A stretch of DNA of 64,000 bases from an uncultured bacterium (GTDB lineage: Bacteria; Actinomycetota; Acidimicrobiia; Spongiisociales; UBA5794). The DNA lies in the NCBI GenBank assembly GCA_963801165.1, contig CAWDDT010000004.1, positions 1 to 64,000 on the forward strand. The letters run 5' to 3'. Under the pieces are notes generated by a model that searched no databases, had not been told where the DNA came from, and worked only from the letters and a program-made list of their open reading frames with translations. Below are positions 27,611-36,587 of this stretch, in pieces (position 1 is the first letter of the stretch; every line of letters begins with the position of its first letter). A program made the position numbers and the translations under genes.

Positions 27611-27774
27611 GGGCACGGGCTCCTCCTCGAGGGAGACATCGGCGTCGTCATCATTCAAGTTGAGCCGGGGCGTTATCCCGGATCGGGCGTTGCGATGTGT
27701 CGAGAATGTGTCTGGTCGTCTCCCTCGTTTCCTGGCACGCTGGCCGGGTAGCCGCTCACTAGAGGAGTGAACAT

Positions 27775-28122
27775 ATGTCCAAGTTCGACGACGTCGTGGC
27801 CGCAGCCCGGGACAGTGTCACGGTGAGACGGGTCTACGGCGATCCCTACGAGAAGGACGGCGTGACTTTCATCCCGGCGGCCGCAGTATTCGGCGGAGGC
27901 GGGGGTGGAGAGGGCGAGGGTCCCGACACGACGGGAAGCGGTTCTGGTGGCGGCTTCGGCCTGATGGCGCGCCCCGTCGGTGCCTACCGCATCAAAGACG
28001 GCGAGGTGTCCTGGATCCCGGCGGCGGACACAACCAAGGTCATAGTGATCGCCGAGCTGCTGGCGATGGTCGCCCTGTTCGTGGTGCGGTCAATCCTGCG
28101 CTCGCGCCCGGCGCCGGACTGA
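27775..28122 (+). CDS. GerW/YtfJ family protein
   Basis: VYGDPYEKDGVTFIPAA, GGGGGG, GSGGGFG...PVGAY; C-terminal TM helix. Confidence 0.85.
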   Translation: MSKFDDVVAAARDSVTVRRVYGDPYEKDGVTFIPAAAVFGGGGGGEGEGPDTTGSGSGGGFGLMARPVGAYRIKDGEVSWIPAADTTKVIVIAELLAMVALFVVRSILRSRPAPD

Positions 28123-28259
28123 CCTCTCTCAGCTGGCGGGCATATTGCGGTCCGGTGTCTATCTCAGGCCGCAACCTGAGCGTAGAGCGAGCGAACTCGA
28201 CGGTGTGGACGAGATTGCCCTATCTATGCTGGGCAGATGCACTCAGGAACGGTGCAGGC

Positions 28260-28775
28260 GTGATCCTCCCCAAAGAACGCGACCCCCGCTTCATCACCAT
28301 TCGCCGCGGGGGGACGCTCACCGACACCGACCATCGGCTCCTGGCGTTGTGGGCGGCCGCTTGCGCAGAGCACGTTCTGCACCTCTTCGAGTCGGTACAG
28401 CCCGCGGACCCGCGGCCCCGCCAGGCGATCGAGCAGATTCGGACATGGGCGCGTGGCGAGATCAAGATGTCGCAGTCTCGTGCGGCGGGTGGCCATGCCA
28501 TGGCTGCGGCACGAGAGTTGCGCGGAGCCGCCCGGCACGCCGCATTTGCTGCCGGCCAGGCGGCAGTGGTAGCGCATGTCGCCGCGCACGAGCTCGGTGC
28601 TGCGGCCTACGCGATCAAGGCCGTGCGTGCGGCTGCCCCCGGAAACGAGGGTGAGAGCGCCGGCCGGCTCGAGTGCCGTTGGCAGCGCGAACAGCTCCCG
28701 GATGCGATTCGCGAACTCGTCCTGGACGATCAGCGGTTGCGAAACGAGATCTGCTGGTCGGTGTTCGACTGTTGA
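28260..28775 (+). CDS. Imm5-like putative immunity protein
   Basis: MILPKERDPRFIT...LALWAAACAEHVL...DPRPRQAI...AAGQAAVVAHVAAH...ECRWQ. Confidence 0.7.
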   Translation: MILPKERDPRFITIRRGGTLTDTDHRLLALWAAACAEHVLHLFESVQPADPRPRQAIEQIRTWARGEIKMSQSRAAGGHAMAAARELRGAARHAAFAAGQAAVVAHVAAHELGAAAYAIKAVRAAAPGNEGESAGRLECRWQREQLPDAIRELVLDDQRLRNEICWSVFDC

Positions 28776-28962
28776 CGGGCATGTACTCGCCCGGACCCGC
28801 AGGAGCGTCCGACAGTCTGGCAGACACGGTTTCGATTGTTCGGTGATCGAGTGGGATCGAGACGACTGTCTGAATATTCATCGTGAATCTCAGCCATTGG
28901 CAGAAGAATCAAAGGTGGAATGTCTATACTGAAGAATGACCATTCTCAGGAGGGGGTATCTG

Positions 28963-29439
28963 GTGATACGATCGTCGCAAGTGAGTCTGGATGAGACGGA
29001 TCTGGCGATCCTGCGGTTGCTTCAGGAGGACGGCCGGGTCAGCAACGCCGAGGTGGCTCGACGGATCGGGCTCTCGGCGCCGGCGACCCATGCCCGGGTG
29101 AAGCGGCTCGAGGAGGCCGGGGCGGTCCGCGGCTATGCGACCGTGCTTGACCGGGAGCAGCTCGGTTTCGACATGATCTGTTTCATCAGCGTCTCGCTAC
29201 AGCTACATCAGTTCGAAGCCATAGAGCGGTTCAAGGAACTGGTGCAGGACATGCCGGAGGTAATGGAGTGCCATCACATAACGGGCGAGTTCGACTACCT
29301 GCTGAAGACTGTGTTCCGCAACCGTCACGAGTTGCAGGAGTTCATCGTCAACCGGCTCACCCCGATTCCCGGCATGGCACGGATCAACACCAGCCTGGTG
29401 CTGATCGAGATCAAAGCGACCCAGGCTCTGCCCATCTGA
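28963..29439 (+). CDS. Lrp/AsnC family transcriptional regulator
   Basis: LDETDLAILRLLQEDGRVSNAEVARRIGLS, ECHHITGEFDYLL. GTG follows SD AGGAGG. Confidence 0.92.
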   Translation: MIRSSQVSLDETDLAILRLLQEDGRVSNAEVARRIGLSAPATHARVKRLEEAGAVRGYATVLDREQLGFDMICFISVSLQLHQFEAIERFKELVQDMPEVMECHHITGEFDYLLKTVFRNRHELQEFIVNRLTPIPGMARINTSLVLIEIKATQALPI

Positions 29440-29467
29440 CCTTCGGTGACAGCCGGGAGGAGACGAG

Positions 29468-30898
29468 ATGACCGAGTACAGCGCCGGCGTAGCGAGCTAC
29501 GTGGCCCGTGGCGAGGAGATGGCGGCGGCGGTGGCCCGACGCCGCGCCATCATGCGCACAAAGAAGTTCGACACGATCGCGGTCCACGGTGTGTACGACA
29601 TGGAGGCCGCCCTGGCCAACCAGGGGAGCATCATCGAGCCCGGCTATCTGTCGACCGCCGAGCATTTCGAGAACAGCGACCACATGGAAGCGGCCCTCGC
29701 CTACCTGATGCCGGGGTGGGTTTACTCGAGGATCGCCAACCCCACCCAGCACTATCTCGAGGAGACCCTGGCGTTGCTCGAGGGCTACGGCTTCGACGGT
29801 GAGGCGTCGGCCGTCGCCACGGCGTCCGGCATGTCCGCCGTCTTCATGGCGACCAACCCCTTCCTCGAGCACCCCGAGCCCGGGACGAACATCGTGGCCA
29901 GCGCCCGGTGCTACGGCGGGACGTTCATGCTGTTCCAACAGCGATACGGTGTTGAGCGTGGTATCGAGATCCGCTGGGTCAGAGATCCGCTCGATTTGAG
30001 CGAATGGGCGGACAGGATCGACGGCGGTACCCGGTTCGTCTACGGGGAGACACCATCCAACCCGCTGGTGAGCGTCATGGACATCGCGACTGTTGCGGGC
30101 ATTGCCCATGCGGCCGGTCTGCCATTGATCATCGACAGCACGGTGGCCACCCCCGCCCTCACCCGGCCGCTCGTGCTCGGTGCCGACATCGTCGTTCACT
30201 CGACGACCAAATCGATGACGGCATCCGGGTTCGCTATCGGGGGAGCGCTGATCGCCCGCCACGGCATCACCACCGCCATCGGTCCCGACGAGATGAGCGA
30301 TGACTTCGCCACCTACGTCAAGCTGCTCCCGTTCCGGGACCACGGTCCTGCGGCGAGCCCGTTCAACGCCCTGATGACGATAAGCGATCTGCGCACGCTC
30401 CGGCACCGGATGGATGTGCTCAGCGCTTCCGCCATGAAGGTTGCCCGTTTCCTCGACTCCCACGATGGGGTCGATCGGGTGTCGTACCCCGGTCTCGAGT
30501 CGATGCCGGGGCACGACATCGCCGCGAGAACGATGAAGCTGGTCGACGGCGCCGACGACTACGGGAGCGATGTCAACCGCTACGGGCACCTGCTGGCCTT
30601 CGAGGTGAAGGGAGGACCCCGGGCAGCGCGCGAGGTGTTCGACAGGTTCGAGATGATCTGGCGGGCCACCGATCTCGGCCGCATCAAGAGCGTCGCCACC
30701 ATCCCGGCCATTTCCACCCATCAGCAACAGGGTGACGAAGGCCGCGATTTGGCGTCGGTTCCGGCAAACCTGATCAGGCTCAGCGTGGGTGGCGAGCACC
30801 CCGACGATGTAATCGCCGATCTCGAGCAGGCGCTGGGGCGGTCGTTGTCATTCACAACCGCAAATCCAGTTGGTGCCGGCGTCGGCCACAGCGGTTAG
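29468..30898 (+). CDS. Cys/Met-metabolism PLP enzyme (O-acetylhomoserine sulfhydrylase / methionine gamma-lyase family)
   Basis: YSRIANPT, ASGMSA, YGGT, ETPSNP, IDST, VHSTTK (PLP Lys), YPGL, LIRLSVG.E. Confidence 0.88.
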   Translation: MTEYSAGVASYVARGEEMAAAVARRRAIMRTKKFDTIAVHGVYDMEAALANQGSIIEPGYLSTAEHFENSDHMEAALAYLMPGWVYSRIANPTQHYLEETLALLEGYGFDGEASAVATASGMSAVFMATNPFLEHPEPGTNIVASARCYGGTFMLFQQRYGVERGIEIRWVRDPLDLSEWADRIDGGTRFVYGETPSNPLVSVMDIATVAGIAHAAGLPLIIDSTVATPALTRPLVLGADIVVHSTTKSMTASGFAIGGALIARHGITTAIGPDEMSDDFATYVKLLPFRDHGPAASPFNALMTISDLRTLRHRMDVLSASAMKVARFLDSHDGVDRVSYPGLESMPGHDIAARTMKLVDGADDYGSDVNRYGHLLAFEVKGGPRAAREVFDRFEMIWRATDLGRIKSVATIPAISTHQQQGDEGRDLASVPANLIRLSVGGEHPDDVIADLEQALGRSLSFTTANPVGAGVGHSG

Positions 30899-30903
30899 GA
30901 CGG

Positions 30904-31344
30904 CTACTGCGTGGCCTCGTAGCGGTACACGTTGGTGTCGCGCGGCATGAAACCGATCCGCTTGTAGAGTCGGTTGGCCGCTTCGCGCGAGGGGCGGGAC
31001 GTCAGATCAACGGTGCGGGCGCCGGAACGAACGGCCCTCTCCACTGCCGCTTCGCTGAGTGCGGCTCCCACGCCCTGGCCCCGGGCCTGCTCGTCGACGA
31101 CGACATCCTCGATCCAGGCGCGCAGACCCGTCGGGATCCTGAACAGTGCAAGCGTCAGGGTGCCGACGATCTCACCGCTGAGCACATCGCGGGCGATGAA
31201 GAGGACGGTCGCCGGGTTGGCGACGATCTCTGACAACTCGTTGTAGTCGGGTGGTGGGTTTGACGATGAGAGCTGGGGAGTCAGCCGGGCGAATGCCGCT
31301 ACCAGTGCGTCGTCCACCTCGATGACTTCTGTGGTGTGGATCAC
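30904..31344 (-). CDS. GNAT N-acetyltransferase
   Basis: WIEDVVVDEQARGQGVG, VDLTSRPSREAANRLY. Confidence 0.9.
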   Translation of the reverse strand: MIHTTEVIEVDDALVAAFARLTPQLSSSNPPPDYNELSEIVANPATVLFIARDVLSGEIVGTLTLALFRIPTGLRAWIEDVVVDEQARGQGVGAALSEAAVERAVRSGARTVDLTSRPSREAANRLYKRIGFMPRDTNVYRYEATQ

Positions 31345-31480
31345 TTCGCTCCTTCCGCTGGCGGCATTGTACGAAGGTCAATCGGCGCTTTGTGCCGGAT
31401 GTCGCCGCAATCTGTTCAACAGCCTCCTACGAAAGGAAGCCGGTCAACTCCTACGCAACGATACGTAAAAACGATACGCA

Positions 31481-31555
31481 AGAAAGGGCCGGCCCGGGGA
31501 GGATCGGGCCGGCCCAACAGCGCCCAGCTTGGGAGGAGAGGGATGGCTAGCGCTG
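31481..31555 (-). ncRNA. Two-hairpin RNA element with C-rich (CCUCCC) loops at the hsp20 3' end; second hairpin doubles as an intrinsic terminator (6C/cuckoo-like)
   Basis: Minus strand: CAGCGC-TAGC[CATCCCTCTCCTCCCAA]GCTG-G-GCGCTG tt GGGCCGGCCCG[ATCCTCCC]CGGGCCGGCCC TTTCTT. Confidence 0.55.
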
Positions 31556-31954
31556 AATCTCTACGGAGACCTTGTGGGGTAGGACCTCCGGCTTCTTGGG
31601 GACACTGATCTCGAGGATGCCGTCCTTGCTGGTCGCCGAAACCGCCTCGGGATCGGTTCCCTCCGGCAAGAGGATCGTGCGCTCGAATGAGCCCTCGAAG
31701 ATCTCCTTGCGGTGGTAGTTGTCCTTGTTCTCTTCACTTTCGAAGTTGCGGGCGCCCTTGATGGTGAGGCTGTTGCCCTCGACGGTGATCTCGATGTCAT
31801 CGGGGGAAATCCCGGCCACCTCGGAGCGGACCATCAGATCGTTCTCACGGTCGTAGACGTCTACACGCGGCATCCACCTGCTGGCGGGTCGTCCTTCGAA
31901 GAGACGGTCGAACTCGCGCATGGCGCTGAAAGGATCGAAACGTACTAGTTGCAT
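31547..31954 (-). CDS. Hsp20/alpha-crystallin small heat-shock protein
   Basis: MQLVRFDPF, PRVDVY, GSFERTILLP, DGILEISVPK. SD GGAGG. Confidence 0.93.
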   Translation of the reverse strand: MQLVRFDPFSAMREFDRLFEGRPASRWMPRVDVYDRENDLMVRSEVAGISPDDIEITVEGNSLTIKGARNFESEENKDNYHRKEIFEGSFERTILLPEGTDPEAVSATSKDGILEISVPKKPEVLPHKVSVEIQR

Positions 31955-32072
31955 TCTTGAGCCTCCGGTAGAAACTGATATCTGTCTTGTCTGTTCACCT
32001 AATCTAAACGATTCAGACTCATATTTCAAGTAAGAGTCGACTAAGAATATTCCAAGTATATGTTTCTCACCC

Positions 32073-32864
32073 ATGAAGAGCCTTTTGATCACAAACGATG
32101 ACGGGATCGACGCCCCGGCGCTGGCCCCACTGGCAGCGGAGCTCGGGAAGATCTCGACGGTGACGGTGGCGGCGCCCGGCGGCGAGCGAAGCTGGATCGG
32201 CAAGGCCATCACCCGAACCGGTGTCGTTGCCACCGAGAGGGTCATGCGTCACGGCATTGCGATGTGGTCGGTCGACGGCTACCCGGCCGATTGCGTCCAG
32301 ATCGGCTCCTACGGGATCCTGGATGCCCGACCGGATCTCGTGGTGTCGGGCATCAACATCGGCTCAAACCGGGGCAGCGCCTTCGCGACTGCAAGCGGCA
32401 CCCTCGGTGCCGTCGTCGAGGCTGCCAACACCGGAATCCCCGGGATCGCGTTCTCCGCCATGTCGGTTGGCGACTGGGCAAGCTGGGTGACATGGGTGCG
32501 TACCGAGCCGGCGCTGGAGATGTGGACCCGTCTCGCCACGATCGCCGCCGACATTGTTGCCACCCTTTTTGACGCCGGCTTTCCCCCCGGCGTCGACGTG
32601 CTCTCGGTGAACCTTCCTCCCGACGCCAACATGGACACGCCTCGTGTGGTGACCACTCTTGCCCGCACCCGGTACGGCCGGTTGTTTGCCGGCAGCAACG
32701 GCGTCTATCACCACGAATTCGACGGGATCCTGCATGTGGAGGGAGAGGCCGACGGCTCGGACCTGGCCGCTCTCGACGCCGGTCTCATCTCGATCACCGC
32801 GATCCGGATGGCGAACTCGGTCCCGCTGGACGGCTCGCTACGGGAGCGTCTCGAGCGGTCTTAG
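32073..32864 (+). CDS. surE: 5'/3'-nucleotidase SurE
   Basis: LITNDDGI, VAAP, DGYPADCV, PDLVVSGINIGSN, SGTLGA. Confidence 0.9.
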   Translation: MKSLLITNDDGIDAPALAPLAAELGKISTVTVAAPGGERSWIGKAITRTGVVATERVMRHGIAMWSVDGYPADCVQIGSYGILDARPDLVVSGINIGSNRGSAFATASGTLGAVVEAANTGIPGIAFSAMSVGDWASWVTWVRTEPALEMWTRLATIAADIVATLFDAGFPPGVDVLSVNLPPDANMDTPRVVTTLARTRYGRLFAGSNGVYHHEFDGILHVEGEADGSDLAALDAGLISITAIRMANSVPLDGSLRERLERS

Positions 32865-33409
32865 CTCTCGGTCAGGTACCGGGTGAGCAGGGTTGTCTGG
32901 TTATGCGTGAATCCAACCAGGCGCACCTCGGTGAGCGCACCGGGGTTCTCGTCGAGCCAGGCCTCGACCGCGGTCACGATCACCCGGGCGGCCCGTTCCG
33001 GAGCGAAGCCGTGCGCACCCGAACCCAGTAGAGGAAACGCGACCGAGCGGAGGCCGCGGCTGCGGGCCGCGTCGAGGGCGGCACCGACCGTGTCGGCGAG
33101 GGTGGCGTCGCTGGTGTCGTCGACGAAGTGGGGAGCGACCGCATGGATCACGTGGGAGGCCTGCAACATGCCCCCGGTCGTCACCGCCGCGCCGCCGGGT
33201 GCGACCGGACCGTGCTGTCTGACCCAGGTGTTGGACTCCTCCTGGATGACACGGCCACCGGTGCGGACCACCGCCGCGGCGACGCCCTCGTTGTGTTGGA
33301 GGTTCTCGTTGGCGCTGTTGACGACGGCCTCGACGGGTTGCCGGGTGACGTCACCCTCGAGCGCGAGGATGTTCGCCCCGGCGACTCTCTTCAGCTCGCC
33401 CGTTTCCAT
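32861..33409 (-). CDS. Macro domain protein
   Basis: EGDVT, AVVNSAN, HVIHAV, SVAFPLLGSGAHGF. Confidence 0.88.
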   Translation of the reverse strand: METGELKRVAGANILALEGDVTRQPVEAVVNSANENLQHNEGVAAAVVRTGGRVIQEESNTWVRQHGPVAPGGAAVTTGGMLQASHVIHAVAPHFVDDTSDATLADTVGAALDAARSRGLRSVAFPLLGSGAHGFAPERAARVIVTAVEAWLDENPGALTEVRLVGFTHNQTTLLTRYLTES

Positions 33410-33418
33410 GACCCCAGC

Positions 33419-34096
33419 CTAGGTGTGTGGCTGCGTGCCCGGGCTGTTGCGGAGCAGCCGGATGGTTTCCCCGTACATCCGCTCCTTTATCGTCGTCAGC
33501 GTGATGCGGTCTTTGCCGGCCTGCTCTGCGGCAATCTCGATCGCCTTTGGCAACACCTGGTCCTCAGCGACCGCGTGATGGACGATGTGGAGCCTTGCGG
33601 CGTCCTCGCCCCCGATCCTGCGTCCCGTGACCATGACCTCGTGCGCCGCCGTGATGGTCATCCGTGACCGGATCAGCGAGTTCATACCAGGCGTGAACGG
33701 GATCCCGATGTCGACCTCGGGGAGGCAGAAGAACCCGCGGTCGGCCCGCATGACGCGAAAGTCGTGGGTGAGAGCCAGCATCGCGCCCGCCGCAAAAGTG
33801 TGGCCGTTGCAGGCAGCGACGGTGATGTAGGGGGAGGACAGGACCCGGGCGAGGAGGCACTCAACCTCGGCAACAAAGCTCGGCATGTCGACCTCGCCGC
33901 CGAGAAGCCAGTCGAGGTCGAGGCCGTTCGAGAAGAATTTGCCGGAGCCCGTCGTGACCAGCGCCAGCGGATCGGCCGCCCCATCGACGGCGTCCAGCGC
34001 GGCGTTCATCTCGTCGAGCCACCCGCGATTCATACGGTTCTCGCCGTCGTCCATGGTTAGGACGAAGACATCGCCGCGCCGGTCGAGGCTCACCAA
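33419..34096 (-). CDS. Enoyl-CoA hydratase/isomerase family protein
   Basis: KFFSNGLDL, VAACNGHTFAAG, FCLPEVDIG. Confidence 0.9.
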   Translation of the reverse strand: MVSLDRRGDVFVLTMDDGENRMNRGWLDEMNAALDAVDGAADPLALVTTGSGKFFSNGLDLDWLLGGEVDMPSFVAEVECLLARVLSSPYITVAACNGHTFAAGAMLALTHDFRVMRADRGFFCLPEVDIGIPFTPGMNSLIRSRMTITAAHEVMVTGRRIGGEDAARLHIVHHAVAEDQVLPKAIEIAAEQAGKDRITLTTIKERMYGETIRLLRNSPGTQPHT

Positions 34097-34140
34097 TCGA
34101 TTACTCCAATCGTCGAGGTGCTCACGGTAGTCTTCCCGCC

Positions 34141-34512
34141 ATGAGCGAACCCTCTGATCCGGCTGCCGGCGAGGTATCCCTACTCGTTACCGCGGGCGAC
34201 ACGGCGCTGGAGCATCACTCCGGAGATGTGCCCGTCCTGGCCACGCCCCGCGTGCTCGCCCTCGCCGAGCAGGCGGCCTTCCTGTCGTATGCGCGACGGG
34301 TCGGCGAGGAGCAGACGACAGTCGGTGTGTTCGCGGAGATCCACCACGTCAAGGCGACCAGCGTGGGTGAGCGCGTTACCGCCCGCGCCGAATTGGTCGA
34401 AGCGGACGAGAAGAATCTGTTCTTCAAATTCACGGTGACCCAGGGCGACGAGATGGTCGCCTTTGGAACGCATCGGCGGGTAATCGTCGATCGGACGCCG
34501 TTCCTCGGCTGA
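34141..34512 (+). CDS. Hotdog-fold thioesterase (FlK-like)
   Basis: SGDVPVLATP, AEQAA, TTVG, HVKAT, GTHRR. Confidence 0.88.
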   Translation: MSEPSDPAAGEVSLLVTAGDTALEHHSGDVPVLATPRVLALAEQAAFLSYARRVGEEQTTVGVFAEIHHVKATSVGERVTARAELVEADEKNLFFKFTVTQGDEMVAFGTHRRVIVDRTPFLG

Positions 34513-34539
34513 AATACCTCCGACGGCACAGACGCGAGC

Positions 34540-34560
34540 TAGCATCGAACAAATGTTCGT
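34540..34560 (+). promoter_or_regulatory. LexA SOS box overlapping the -10 element and leaderless ATG of the helicase gene
   Basis: TAGCAT 34540-34545; TCGAAC-AAAT-GTTCGT 34545-34560. Confidence 0.82.
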
Positions 34561-36583
34561 ACCCGTGCCCGAGTCCCCGGGTTGGCTGGCCGACCTCAAC
34601 CGAGAGCAGCGCGCTGCCGTTCTGCACGACGGCGGACCATTGCTCGTCATCGCCGGTGCCGGCAGCGGGAAGACACGGACTCTCGCCAGTAGGGTCGCCC
34701 GGCTCATCGACGACGGGGCCCCACCGGAGCGGATCCTGCTGCTGACCTTCACCCGACGGGCCGCAGGGGAGATGCTGCGGAGGGCGGGGGCGTTCGTCGA
34801 TCGGCAGGCGACCGGCCGGGTATGGGGTGGCACCTTTCACTCGATCGCCAACCGGCTGCTCCGCCGCAACGCAACCGCAGTAGGTCTCCGCGACGGTTTC
34901 ACGGTTCTGGATCAGAGTGACTCGAGCGGTCTGTTTGGCCTGATCCGCGCCGAGTCGGGACACGCTGATGGCAAGGTCCGCTTTCCCAGACAGGAGACCA
35001 TTGCTGCCATCTACTCACGGGCGGTCAACGCTCAGGAGAAGCTCGGCGAGGTCCTCGACGAGCGCTTTCCCTGGTGCCGGGATCATGGCGAGGAACTAAA
35101 GGAGATCTTCCGCGGCTACACCGATCGCAAGCGCCGGCACAACGTCGTCGACTTCGACGACCTACTCCTCTACTGGCGGGCGCTGCTCGAGTCTCCGGAT
35201 GGGGACGCCGTCCGGTCGCTGTTCGATCACGTGCTCGTCGACGAATACCAGGACACCAACCGGATCCAGGCCGACATCCTCCGCCTGCTCACGGCATCCC
35301 ACGGCAACGTCACAGTTGTCGGTGACGACGCCCAGGCCATCTACTCCTTCAGGGCAGCCTCCGTCGCCAACATGCTTGAGTTTCCGGAGACCTTCCCCGA
35401 CACCACCGTTATCAAACTGGAGCAGAACTACCGATCGACACCGGAGATCCTCTCTGCCGCCAATGCGGTCATGGCTGCCGGCACCGGCACGTTTCCCAAG
35501 GAGCTGTGGTCGGGTCGGCCGTCCGGGCCTCGACCGGCGCTCGTGAAGTGCGTCGACGAAGCCGCCCAGGCAGATTACGTCTGCGATCTGGTTCTCGAGA
35601 TGCGCGAGTTCGGGATTCCGTTGCGTGACCAGGCGGTGCTGTTCCGCACCAGCCATCACAGCGACGGGCTCGAGATCGAGCTGAGCAGGAGAAAGATCCC
35701 CTACAAGAAGTTTGGCGGGATGCGCTTCCTCGAGGCCGGGCACGTCAAGGATCTGATGGCCATGCTGCGGATCCTCGACAACCCGCACGACGAGCTCGCC
35801 TGGTATCGGGTTCTCCAGCTCATCCCCGGCATTGGGCCGGCGACCGCGGGGCGCATCATGGGCGATCTCACCAGCGGTGCCGGGAGCCCGGTGCGCCGGT
35901 TCTGTGAGGGCTCGTTCCCCGTTGTCGCCGAGTCACGCCCGTTCCTGGTCGAGCTTCAGGATGGTCTTGGCGATTGCAACATCGGGAACCTCGGCCCGGG
36001 GGCGCAGATCGAACGGCTCATCCCGTTCGCCCGGGGTGTCATCGAGCGCAACTATGACGACGCTGCCGTGCGTGTGGCCGACATCGCCCAGCTTCGCGAC
36101 ATCGCCTCGAGCTATCGCGACCGGAGCCGCTTTCTCGCCGAGGTCACGCTCGACCCGCCGCACTCGACCACCGAGGTCGGGCCGCCGCATCTCGACGATG
36201 ACTATCTCGTCTTGAGCACGATTCATTCCGCCAAGGGTGGGGAGTGGCCGGCGGTGTACGTGATCCACGCCAGCGACGGCAACATCCCGTCGGACATGGC
36301 GCTGAATGAGCCCGGCGGTGTCGAGGAGGAACGGCGCCTGCTCTACGTAGCCCTCACCAGGGCGCAGGATCATCTCGCCGTCACCTTTCCCCAGCGGTTC
36401 TATCACCGTCGCTTCGGGGGCGACGGCAGACACAGCTACGCCGTTCCGAGCCGGTTTCTCGACGCGGCGATCGACCATTTCGAGCCGGTGGTCGCCGGTG
36501 TCCCGGAGGAAGAGGGCGGTGCGATCACGGCTTCCGGCGGCAAAGACACCGTTGCCGCGGTGCTCGAGTCACTCTGGGAGTAG
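34553..36583 (+). CDS. UvrD/PcrA/Rep-family ATP-dependent DNA helicase
   Basis: AGAGSGKT, LTFT, TFHS, VDEYQD, VGDDAQAIYSFR, LEQNYRS, STIHSAKGGEW, EERRLLYVALTRA. Confidence 0.95.
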   Translation: MFVPVPESPGWLADLNREQRAAVLHDGGPLLVIAGAGSGKTRTLASRVARLIDDGAPPERILLLTFTRRAAGEMLRRAGAFVDRQATGRVWGGTFHSIANRLLRRNATAVGLRDGFTVLDQSDSSGLFGLIRAESGHADGKVRFPRQETIAAIYSRAVNAQEKLGEVLDERFPWCRDHGEELKEIFRGYTDRKRRHNVVDFDDLLLYWRALLESPDGDAVRSLFDHVLVDEYQDTNRIQADILRLLTASHGNVTVVGDDAQAIYSFRAASVANMLEFPETFPDTTVIKLEQNYRSTPEILSAANAVMAAGTGTFPKELWSGRPSGPRPALVKCVDEAAQADYVCDLVLEMREFGIPLRDQAVLFRTSHHSDGLEIELSRRKIPYKKFGGMRFLEAGHVKDLMAMLRILDNPHDELAWYRVLQLIPGIGPATAGRIMGDLTSGAGSPVRRFCEGSFPVVAESRPFLVELQDGLGDCNIGNLGPGAQIERLIPFARGVIERNYDDAAVRVADIAQLRDIASSYRDRSRFLAEVTLDPPHSTTEVGPPHLDDDYLVLSTIHSAKGGEWPAVYVIHASDGNIPSDMALNEPGGVEEERRLLYVALTRAQDHLAVTFPQRFYHRRFGGDGRHSYAVPSRFLDAAIDHFEPVVAGVPEEEGGAITASGGKDTVAAVLESLWE

Positions 36584-36587
36584 CCGC

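Noticed and set aside
31990-32060. HspR (HAIR) or HrcA (CIRCE) operator in the AT-rich region upstream of hsp20
   Set aside because: Only degenerate half-sites are visible, with too many mismatches to call.
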